This document shows positions 41,528 through 50,600 of a stretch of 64,000 nucleotides of DNA, piece by piece; the stretch's first letter is position 1, and each line of letters starts with the position of its first letter. The translations under genes and the position numbers were made by a program. The notes beneath the pieces were generated by a model. It saw nothing but the letters and a program-made list of their open reading frames with translations. It searched no databases and was not told the DNA's origin. Source of the DNA: Oligoflexales bacterium. GTDB taxonomy: Bacteria > Bdellovibrionota_B > Oligoflexia > Oligoflexales > CAIYRB01. The stretch lies in assembly GCA_041736175.1 (NCBI GenBank), contig JBGSUI010000067.1, forward strand, positions 1-64,000, in the 5' to 3' direction.

Positions 41528-41821
41528 GCCACCCTCCTATCGTACGTACAGTTAATGCTACCATACGTACAAACAAGGAACATAGGTTTCTATGGGATTC
41601 CGCCCCTTAATAAGAAATGTTCCCGTCAATTTAATTTCATGCCACTCCAGGCATGTTCACCTGAGAAAGCTTTAAACAGGGGTTAGAACAAATAAAGAAT
41701 CGCAAGTCTCATTTTAAACTCGGTTTTTTTCAAAGGTAAGCAACAAAAAATGCCAACCTTTTTTTGGTATGTTTTTTGCTGAGAGTACCAAGATCGTAAA
41801 TACTTTATTTGGGAAAACTTT

Positions 41822-43054
41822 ATGAAACATCTCCCGCTCAACTTTAAATCACTCTCTGCTCCTTTGGTAACCCTTTCCCTCGTATTAATACCACTTATGG
41901 GATGCTTTCCGGAAAAAGCTACCGAAAATTTATTGTATGTAGCCAAGGGTCCGGACCTAACCCCGCATCAAAAAAATTACTGGCATTTCATGAATGAATT
42001 TATTAAAAAGCCCATTCAACCTAAACCAGGGGTATTGATCAAAAAAGTGTCAACGGCTAGTGCTCCTGTCACCGACGAAGTGATCAATCAAGGCGTGCCA
42101 ACAGCAAAAATCACATCGGTGACCTCTCCAGGTGCTACGAGCAGGGCACTTAAAGTAGAATTTGACTACGCAAATGGAACCGTCTTTTCCCAAAAAGCCG
42201 GAAATAAAGTAAAAAAAACAGTGATATTCACCTTTCCAAGGACGTCAAGCTCAGATGGTAAGGTTGTGGAAGCTTTTATGGATGGTAAGAATTTCCCCCT
42301 TTACTTTTCTAAAGATGAGGCGATAAAAAGTAAAAATAGGTCTTTTTTTTCCCATGAAGTTATCTTAGCACTTTTGCTTTCTGCTCAGGCTCTTGAAGAT
42401 CAAAATTATGCGACGGCTGTCACAGAACTTCTTCGCGATGCGAATCTCCTTCAAGCAGTTCAGAGTATCCTCAAACCATACTTGATTATATTGAAGTATC
42501 GTGGCCAAACATCTGAAAATATAAATTGTATTGCTGAGGGGATCCTCAACGCTGATGGACATATTGTTGGGATGAGAGTTTTTAAATCGATCGGGGAAAG
42601 CACGAAATCTAGTATCTTTTCGGTATTTGGAGCGATTCCCATCATCAAACAAGATGTGGAAAAAAAACCACTGGCTTGCAGCGTGTATCACAAAAGTCTT
42701 CGTACATGGCTTGCACATCAAACATTTGTGGATACTAAGCAATCATTTTCTGAACAGGAAAACGGCACAATCGATGCCTTTGAAAAAAATGTTTGGCAAA
42801 AGAAAGTGATTTTGGGAGAAGTCTGTGGAACCAGCACCTACACGATTCAAGCTTGTAATGGCACGATTAAAGCCAACTTTCTTGAGGAGACCGATTTCAA
42901 AACTCCTCTCGGTGATGGTAACAGGAAAGATTTGGCTTCCTTTGAGTGTAACAATCTCACACTGGAAAAAATGGAGATTGGAGCTTTTATCACTCCTGAA
43001 GTCGTCACTAAGGTGATGCAGAGACCTATTTTCGGTCGTTCTGCGCTCCCTTAG
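41822..43054 (+). CDS. Hypothetical lipoprotein
   Basis: 410-aa AT-rich ORF, lipobox LMGC. Confidence 0.7.
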   Translation: MKHLPLNFKSLSAPLVTLSLVLIPLMGCFPEKATENLLYVAKGPDLTPHQKNYWHFMNEFIKKPIQPKPGVLIKKVSTASAPVTDEVINQGVPTAKITSVTSPGATSRALKVEFDYANGTVFSQKAGNKVKKTVIFTFPRTSSSDGKVVEAFMDGKNFPLYFSKDEAIKSKNRSFFSHEVILALLLSAQALEDQNYATAVTELLRDANLLQAVQSILKPYLIILKYRGQTSENINCIAEGILNADGHIVGMRVFKSIGESTKSSIFSVFGAIPIIKQDVEKKPLACSVYHKSLRTWLAHQTFVDTKQSFSEQENGTIDAFEKNVWQKKVILGEVCGTSTYTIQACNGTIKANFLEETDFKTPLGDGNRKDLASFECNNLTLEKMEIGAFITPEVVTKVMQRPIFGRSALP

Positions 43055-43060
43055 TCTTAG

Positions 43061-43216
43061 GTTAGCCCGTGATCTCACCATCGATATAAGTCCCATCATG
43101 GTAGAGTGGAATCACCAGACTGACCAATTTATAGATCACCAAAGCCATCACAAAGGCAAAGACTGAGACTCCAAGGGCCGCTGCCATATGTTTAAAAAAC
43201 AGCCCCGTTTGGCCGG
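43061..43216 (-). pseudogene. Duplicated 3' end of amtB (direct repeat of 44856-45011)
   Basis: 156-nt alignment with 5 mismatches, including the stop codon. Confidence 0.95.
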
Positions 43217-43261
43217 ATCTCTTCGGGTGAAAGACAAAAAGCATTGAATTTCCTACATTCG

Positions 43262-43453
43262 CGTCTTGGTAAAAGCTACCAGGAGCTGATCAATCAGGGC
43301 ATGCTTCAGGTAGAGCCGCTGACCTTTATCCGCGGCCGCTCCTTGCCCAACATCTTTTTTGTCGTGGACGAATCGCAAAACCTGACGCCCCTCGAAATCA
43401 AAACGATTTTAAATCGTGCAGGTGAGGGTACTAAGATCGTCCTTACCGGAGAT
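43262..43453 (+). pseudogene. Internal phoH fragment, inverted relative to the resident gene (53276-53467)
   Basis: 60/64 aa identical, about 41/192 nt mismatches, mostly synonymous. Confidence 0.93.
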
Positions 43454-43516
43454 GCAACGTCGCCCGACCTATGCTTCATCCTAATGTTGTTTCGATTTAT
43501 TTTGGTCTAGCGCTAA

Positions 43517-44566
43517 TTAGAAGACTGTGTTGCCAACAGTGAGATAGTACTCGGTTTTTTCGTCAAATATGTAACTCTCTAAATTCTGCAGATCTTTCTC
43601 TGGATCCAATTCTAATCTGCCGCAATCCTGACCCCTCTTATACGCAACCGGTATAATAATATCTTTCAGAAACCCAACCAAATGGCCTGGTCTTTCATCG
43701 TCGAAACCGGTGGAGTCTGAATCCGCTACGATCGCCGACTGGAAGATCGGCATCCCTTTGCCTAAATCCTGACCGAATATCTTTTGAATGCTGTCTTTGC
43801 CCCGTTCAATCTTCTCCTTTTTTCGGAAGGCATCAAAAGGCAGGAAGGTTCCCTTTAAGCGAACCCAGTCGCTTTTTTGCCTCCAGTCGTTTGGTCGAAT
43901 TGCGTCTACTTCCTTGACAGATGGCCAATCAATTTTAGACGTAACCTTGAAATGAATGTAAATTGAAGTAAAATAGGGTTTTGTTGAGTACAATAAATGC
44001 ATGGGGATTCTCAGTATTTGGCCAACCTTGATAGCTGAAGGCGGAGCCTGCATATCACCTAGAAAATCGCATAGCACCTCGCCATCCTCCGAATTGGAAA
44101 AGTTTGGCACATAATTAGTTTGCATGCTGGCCCATCCAGAGTAGTCTTTATCCGGAGTGAGAACTCTGGGATTGCTCAAATCTCGGCTGTATTGGAGCAA
44201 TAGGTACTTTTGATCAGTTCTTGGTCGGCTTTCTGCGGCTTTTAACTTTTCTATAATATTAGCGTTTTTTTCGGCAGCTGCTTTTTCGTCAGCTGTTTGC
44301 GGAGGAGCTGCAAAGCGTTCTGTCGGCAGACCGATCCTTATGATTTGCTTGTGATCGAATTTTTTGCGGCATATTTGTACTCTCCGCTGAGGGAACAAGC
44401 CTTTCGAAGTCCCGTTGGGATTATTAACAGATAGGTTGTTGCTCCAGAGGTCTTCGAAGCTCTTTGCAGTGCTTTCCTTGCCTTTTCCGATATTGCATCC
44501 ACCAAGTCCTAGCAGCGCCATTGCCCCCAAGCCAATCAACTTGTAGAAATGATTCATTCGTTTCAT
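43517..44566 (-). CDS. Hypothetical lipoprotein
   Basis: 349-aa ORF, lipobox LGGC, GAGG RBS. Confidence 0.7.
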   Translation of the reverse strand: MKRMNHFYKLIGLGAMALLGLGGCNIGKGKESTAKSFEDLWSNNLSVNNPNGTSKGLFPQRRVQICRKKFDHKQIIRIGLPTERFAAPPQTADEKAAAEKNANIIEKLKAAESRPRTDQKYLLLQYSRDLSNPRVLTPDKDYSGWASMQTNYVPNFSNSEDGEVLCDFLGDMQAPPSAIKVGQILRIPMHLLYSTKPYFTSIYIHFKVTSKIDWPSVKEVDAIRPNDWRQKSDWVRLKGTFLPFDAFRKKEKIERGKDSIQKIFGQDLGKGMPIFQSAIVADSDSTGFDDERPGHLVGFLKDIIIPVAYKRGQDCGRLELDPEKDLQNLESYIFDEKTEYYLTVGNTVF

Positions 44567-44617
44567 TTTAACCTCAGATTTAAAGTATTTTAGTTTTCAA
44601 CCCACTTCACTTCATAC

Positions 44618-44634
44618 AGCAATAATCGTGCCAA
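44618..44634 (-). promoter_or_regulatory. Sigma-54 (-24/-12) promoter
   Basis: Minus strand TTGGCACG-ATTA-TTGCT matches the TGGCACG-N4-TTGCW consensus, about 50 nt upstream of ATG 44566. Confidence 0.75.
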
Positions 44635-44791
44635 ATCTCGGCAACGCACTTGCCGACTTGGAGATGGCTAGACGAGACCCATCAACAAAACATTTTTTTT
44701 GTACTGATGGCCATTCCTTGATGACCTCATATAGGTGTTAGAAGCCGCATAATGCTCGTGTCTGTTATTGGCAGGGAACATCAGTCGGAGC

Positions 44792-44860
44792 AGCTCCCTG
44801 TCAGAAGACCTAGAGGGCCTGGATCTAGAAAGCCTTCAAATTATCGAAGCGCTCTGTTAG
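44792..44860 (+). pseudogene. Displaced alternative 3' end of the DUF1704 gene
   Basis: Encodes SSLSEDLEGLDLESLQIIEALC*. First 15 codons match 41001-41045 with 6 synonymous differences; the stop overlaps the amtB stop. Confidence 0.9.
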
Positions 44861-46167
44861 CCCGTGATCTCACCATCGATATAAGTCCCATCATGGTAGA
44901 GCGGAATCACCAGACTGACCAATTTATAGATCACCAAAGCCATCACAAAGGCAAAGACTGAGACTCCAAGGGCCGCAGCAACATGCTTAAAAAACAGCCC
45001 CGTTTGGCCGGTCACAAGCCCACCATCCTTTGCAAAAACCCCGGTCAGCACCATGCCGACAAGACCACCCACTCCGTGGCAGGCAAAAACATCGAGGGTA
45101 TCATCCACAACATTTTTGATCCCCAAGGTGATCACGAAATTGCTGATCACACTGGCGATGGCACCAATAAAGACGCTCGCTCCGACGCTGACAAACCCCG
45201 AGGCTGGAGTGATCGCCACCAGGCCCACCACGGAACCAATCGCTGCACCCAGTGCACTGGCGCGGCGACCCATCATCAAGTCGAAAAGAACCCAGGATAC
45301 CATCGCCGCTGCTGCCGCTGTATTGGTGGTCATAAAAGCCAAGACGGCCGTTTCGTTTGCAGCTAAGGCCGAGCCAGCATTAAAACCAAACCAGCCAAAC
45401 CAAAGCATTCCCGTGCCGAGCAGCACAAAAGGGATATTGGAAGGGACCACCGTTTCTACCGCCTGGCCGCTTTTTTTCTTTGAAATCACAAAAGCTCCGG
45501 CCAAACCCGCAAAACCAGCGGACATATGCACGACGGTCCCGCCGGCAAAATCCAAAACCCCCCACACCCGCAGGATCCCTTGGGGATGCCAGGTCCAATG
45601 GGCAAGGGGCATATAGATCAAGAGGCTAAACAAAATCATAATCAGTATAAAGGCTCCGACTTTGACTCTTTCGGCAAAAACTCCGGTGATCAAAGCGGGA
45701 GTGATAATGGCAAATTTAAGCTGGAAGAGTGCGAAAAGGACCAGAGGAACCGTCGGCGAAAGATCCTTGTGGGTCGCTAAAGACACGCCTCGAAACATAA
45801 AATAAGTGCTAGGATCACCCATAAACCCACCCAGTGATGGACCAAAGGCCAAACTAAATCCCACCAAGATCCATAGCAAAGTGACGACACCGATGGATAT
45901 AAAACTGAGAAACATCGTATTAAGCATCTGTTTTCTGGATACCATCCCTCCATAAAAAAAAGCCAAACCCGGAGTCATCAGGAGGACCAGAGCGGTCGCT
46001 GATAAAACCCAAGCTGTATCGCCAGGGTTGAGAGGAGCCGTGGGCGCTGTCGAAGGAGTCTCCGTTGGGCTAAACAAAAGACTCAACCCCAAAATGAATA
46101 AAAGGATCCCCAGGGATAGAATCGACGTTTTTTTGGAAACCTGTCTGACCGTGGAGCTTGGACTCAT
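44857..46167 (-). CDS. amtB: Ammonium transporter
   Basis: LMTPGLAFFYGG, DFAGGTVVH, LWFGWFGFNAGS, DDTLDVFACHG. Confidence 0.96.
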   Translation of the reverse strand: MSPSSTVRQVSKKTSILSLGILLFILGLSLLFSPTETPSTAPTAPLNPGDTAWVLSATALVLLMTPGLAFFYGGMVSRKQMLNTMFLSFISIGVVTLLWILVGFSLAFGPSLGGFMGDPSTYFMFRGVSLATHKDLSPTVPLVLFALFQLKFAIITPALITGVFAERVKVGAFILIMILFSLLIYMPLAHWTWHPQGILRVWGVLDFAGGTVVHMSAGFAGLAGAFVISKKKSGQAVETVVPSNIPFVLLGTGMLWFGWFGFNAGSALAANETAVLAFMTTNTAAAAAMVSWVLFDLMMGRRASALGAAIGSVVGLVAITPASGFVSVGASVFIGAIASVISNFVITLGIKNVVDDTLDVFACHGVGGLVGMVLTGVFAKDGGLVTGQTGLFFKHVAAALGVSVFAFVMALVIYKLVSLVIPLYHDGTYIDGEITG

Positions 46168-46245
46168 AAAATACCCTTTATTTTAAAGAATCACCTTGAC
46201 CCATCATGCTTTGCAAACCATGAACCGCTAGCAAAACACAACAAA

Positions 46246-47679
46246 CTACTGTATATACTGACTGATGGCTTGCGCCATTTTGCGACCTTCGGCGATCGCC
46301 CAGACGATGAGCGAAGCACCCCTTCGGGCATCTCCGGCGGCAAATACGCCTTTGAGGGATGTCATTCCCTGAGAATCTGTCCACAGGGTGTTCATCCCTG
46401 TGGTTTTTAGAGGTTGCCATGATTCACGCAGCCCTTGGGGAATCCCTGTAAACCCAATCGCCAAAATAACCATATCGACCTCTATGGTTTTTTCGGTACC
46501 TACAATAGGCTGCAACTGACCACCAACCCGTTCCATTTCGACCGTGGATAAACCTGTTAAGACTCCCCCTTCACCAAGAAAAGCTCTTGTAGCCCGACCA
46601 AAGTAGCGTTCGCCACCCTCTTCATGGGCATGGCTAGACCTTAGTTTAAGGGGCCAATAGGGCCAAGGAGTCTCGGGGCTCCGTTCCTGGGGCGGTCGAG
46701 GGGCAAGCTCAAATTGTAACACCGATTGAGCACCCTGACGGAGCACCGTCCCTAAACAATCTGACCCTGTGTCTCCACCACCTAGGATCACGACTTTTTT
46801 ACCACGAGCACAGATGGGTGGGTCGCCAGGCAGCTTATGTTCCAGATGAAGGTTTTGTTGAGTCAGAAAATCCATAGCTTCATAAATACCCTTCAGATCC
46901 CGACCGGGAATGGGTAGCTCCCGGGGATTTTCTGCTCCCACGGCGAGACCAACGGCATCGTGAATCTCGATCAATTGGCCCAAGGGCATCGCGGCACCGA
47001 TTTCGACCCCACAGCGAAAGATCACCCCCTCGTCCCGCAGCTGCTCAAGACGCCGATCCAGGACCCACTTCTCCAGCTTAAAATCGGGAATCCCGTAGCG
47101 CAGCAGGCCTCCAGGGAGTGGAGCTTTTTCATAAACAACCACTTGATGACCTAGACGAACCAGCTGCTGAGCCGCCGCAAGGCCCGCTGGTCCGGATCCC
47201 ACAAGACCGATGTTTTTTCCCGTATGGCCAATGGATGGTTTTGCGGGCTGGGGTTTGATCCACCCCATTTTAAAACCTTCGTTGACGATGGCGAGTTCTA
47301 TCTGCCGGATGGTCACGGGTTTTTCCTGCATCGCCAGGACACAGCCAGCTTCGCATGGTGCGGGACAGAGTTGCCCCGTAAATTCAGGAAAATTGTTGGT
47401 CTGGTGCAAACGATGGAGCGCATCCTGCCAACGGCCCCTCACCACAAGCTCGTTCCATTCGGGGATCAGATTGTCCACGGGGCAGCCATGATCACCGTGA
47501 CAAAAGGGCACCCCGCAGTTCATACACCGACCCGCCTGTTGGACGGCTCTTTGGGGAAAAGGCTGTTCATAGACCTGAAGGTAGTCGTTGAGACGCTGGC
47601 TTTTTGGTCGTCTAGGTTCGCTGACAGGCTCACAATGAATAAATGATTTTGGGTCTAGTCCTTGAGATCCGTTAGACAT
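46246..47679 (-). CDS. gltD: Glutamate synthase small subunit
   Basis: RCMNCGVPFC, CPAPCE, GSGPAGLAAA, GGGDTGSDC, LIVWAIAEGR. Confidence 0.96.
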   Translation of the reverse strand: MSNGSQGLDPKSFIHCEPVSEPRRPKSQRLNDYLQVYEQPFPQRAVQQAGRCMNCGVPFCHGDHGCPVDNLIPEWNELVVRGRWQDALHRLHQTNNFPEFTGQLCPAPCEAGCVLAMQEKPVTIRQIELAIVNEGFKMGWIKPQPAKPSIGHTGKNIGLVGSGPAGLAAAQQLVRLGHQVVVYEKAPLPGGLLRYGIPDFKLEKWVLDRRLEQLRDEGVIFRCGVEIGAAMPLGQLIEIHDAVGLAVGAENPRELPIPGRDLKGIYEAMDFLTQQNLHLEHKLPGDPPICARGKKVVILGGGDTGSDCLGTVLRQGAQSVLQFELAPRPPQERSPETPWPYWPLKLRSSHAHEEGGERYFGRATRAFLGEGGVLTGLSTVEMERVGGQLQPIVGTEKTIEVDMVILAIGFTGIPQGLRESWQPLKTTGMNTLWTDSQGMTSLKGVFAAGDARRGASLIVWAIAEGRKMAQAISQYIQ

Positions 47680-50600
47680 GGCGATTCTCCCCGATCCTTC
47701 TTAGCTGGGCATTTGGTCCGCCTCCAAAGGGTGGCGGTTCAAGACCCTCGTCGTCACGAGCCGCAGCGAGTGATGCTTGGTAACCTTTAGGCTCTACTTT
47801 AATAAACCTGACTAGACAGGTAGGCCAGTTTTCTAATAGATAAGCCGCCCGTTGGCTCTGGGTTGTTTGCACATGGGCCTCTAAAAGCCGCTTGATCGTC
47901 AGGGCTTCTGGCCTATGTTCATCACCGGTAAGGGGTTCGAGTTCTATCATATCCAGGTTAAATTGGGTCCCAAGAGCGCCGTGCTCATCATAAACAAAGG
48001 CTAGACCACCAGACATCCCAGCCCCAAAGTTTTTACCAATGGAGCCCAAAACAATCACCACACCACCTGTCATATACTCACAGCCATGGTCTCCGAGCCC
48101 TTCGACAACCGCTTCGGCACCACTATTTCTCACGGCAAAACGCTCTCCAGCGGCTCCGCCGACAAAAAGCTCACCTGCCGTGGCACCGTAGAGCACCGTG
48201 TTGCCGATAATAGAGGGGCTCTCGTCGAGCCAGGATGCCGTCTTAGGCAACGTCACCACAATGCGACCCCCTGACAGACCTTTACCGACGTAGTCATTAG
48301 CCGCACCCAAAAGCCTCAGCTCTACGCCTTGGTCCAGAAAAGCCCCAAAGGACTGACCTCCATAGCCATTCAAGTCGATTTTAAGGGGGTCACGCCGGGT
48401 TTTTGCATTTCCCTTAGGTCCAGGGCCGCTTCGTTCGGCACTGATACGTTGGGAGCTTAAAAGCGCGCCAAAGGATCGGTGAGCGGTCCTAATATGTCCT
48501 TTGAGATCCGCAAGGGGTGGGGCGAGTGCCACGGCGGGTCGTTGGGGTAGAAAACCCATATTTTCTGGAGCTTTTACCTGGAAAAGCAGCTTTTTAAAAT
48601 CTAAGTGGAGAAGGCTGCTTAGGGGTTCCTTAGGCTGCAATAGATCGGTGCGCCCTATGGCCTCGTCTAAGGAGTCGAGTCCCAGCTGAGCCAAAGTCCG
48701 CCGCACATCTTCGGCAACAAAAAACATAAATTGGATAACATGTTCAGGTTTACCGCGATAAAGCGCTCGAAGCTCTGGATCTTGGGTCGCGATCCCTACA
48801 GGGCAGGTGTTAAGATGGCATTTACGCATCATAATGCAGCCCGTCGCAATCAGCGGAGCTGTTGCAAACCCGAATTCGTTGGCCCCCAAGAGAGCCGCCA
48901 TCACCACATCCCTACCCGTCTTAAACTGCCCATCCACTTCCAGCTTGACCCACGGTCTAAGCCCGTTAAGCACCAATGCTTGGTGAACCTCTGCGATCCC
49001 AATCTCCCACGGCATCCCAGCATGTTTAATGGAGGACAGGGGCGATGCACCCGTCCCGCCACTGCCGCAGCTAATCACCACTTTATCAGCACCAGCTTTG
49101 ACGACGCCCGCAGCAATGGCTCCGATCCCCGTCGAGGCGACGAGCTTTACTGAGACAAGAGCTTTAGGATGAGCATTTTTGAGGTCATAGATCAGCTGGG
49201 CCAAATCCTCGATGGAGTAGATATCATGGTGCGGAGGTGGAGAGATGAGGGGAACGCCTGGGTTTGAATGGCGTAGCATCGCGATCTCCCGGTCCACCTT
49301 GTGACCAGGGAGTTGTCCCCCTTCGCCAGGCTTCGCTCCCTGGGCGATTTTGATCTGGAGTTCCTTACCATCGAGCAGATAGGCCAAAGTCACTCCAAAC
49401 CGCCCCGAGGCCACTTGGCGAATCGCCGACAGACGGCTATCTCCTGCTAGAGTGGGCGTCGCCCGTCCTGGATCTTCGCCCCCCTCCCCTGTATTGCTTT
49501 TGCCCCCCAATCGATTCATAGCGATCGCGAGCGTCTCGTGGGCTTCCCGACTGATCGCACCGAGGGACATAGCCCCTGTGGTAAACCTTTTGACGATTTC
49601 CTGAGGGGTTTGGAGTTTCTGCTGTGTCTGAAGATCTAGAGAAATTTGTTTATCGACTTTAAATTCCAAAAGGTGCCTGAGAAAAATCGGATCTTGATCC
49701 TCCCGGTCCACTTCTTTTTTAAAGGCTTCGTAGCTTGCAAATTGGTTGTCTCGGACCGCATGCTGGAGACTTGCAATCGCTTGGGGAGACCAGGCGTGTT
49801 TTTCACCATGTTTTCGCCAGTGGACTTGCCCGCCTACCATCAGATGGGGATCCCTTTGGGGATTAAAAGCGTAGGCATGTCGCCCCATCGTGCGGTCTTC
49901 GATTTGGGCTAGGTCGATGCCTCCAATGGGTGAAGGAGTCGATGGAAAAAAGCGTTTCATCAACTCATGTCCCAGTCCAATCGACTCGAAGATCTCGGCC
50001 CCTTGGTAGGACATAAGGGTCGAGATCCCCATCTTAGACATAATCTTAAGCAGACCCTTATTAAGGGCTTTGATATATTTCTTTTCGGCACCGGATTTTT
50101 GGGTGGTGCCTTTGATCTCCCCTTGGTCACAAAGGACTCCGATCGTATCCAAGGCCAAGTAAGGCAAGACCGCTTTGGCACCATATCCAAGGGTACAGGC
50201 CAATTGGTGTACGGACCTCACCTCGGCAGTTTCGACAATCAGATCGGTCCTGGATTTTAAATGCTCGTTTACCAGGGATTGATTGACCGCTGCCACAGCT
50301 AGGAGCATAGGAATCGCAATCTTGGTTGCCTGGGATCCTCGGTCCGAAAGTAGGATCACCTGGGCACCCCCATAAGAGGCGTTTATCGCCTCGTTACAAA
50401 GGGAGTCCAAGCCCGCGCGGAAAGACCCGGGGCTGTCGGTGACTTCAATCAGGGTCGAGAGAGTGACGACCTTTAAGCCGCTGACGTCTTGGGAACAAAT
50501 CCGGTTTAGAATCTCTTCGGAAAGGACGGGGTGGTGGAGCTTGACGAGTTGGGCGCGGGATGTTTCACCGAGGATTTGTTTACTCCCCAAATAAACGGTC

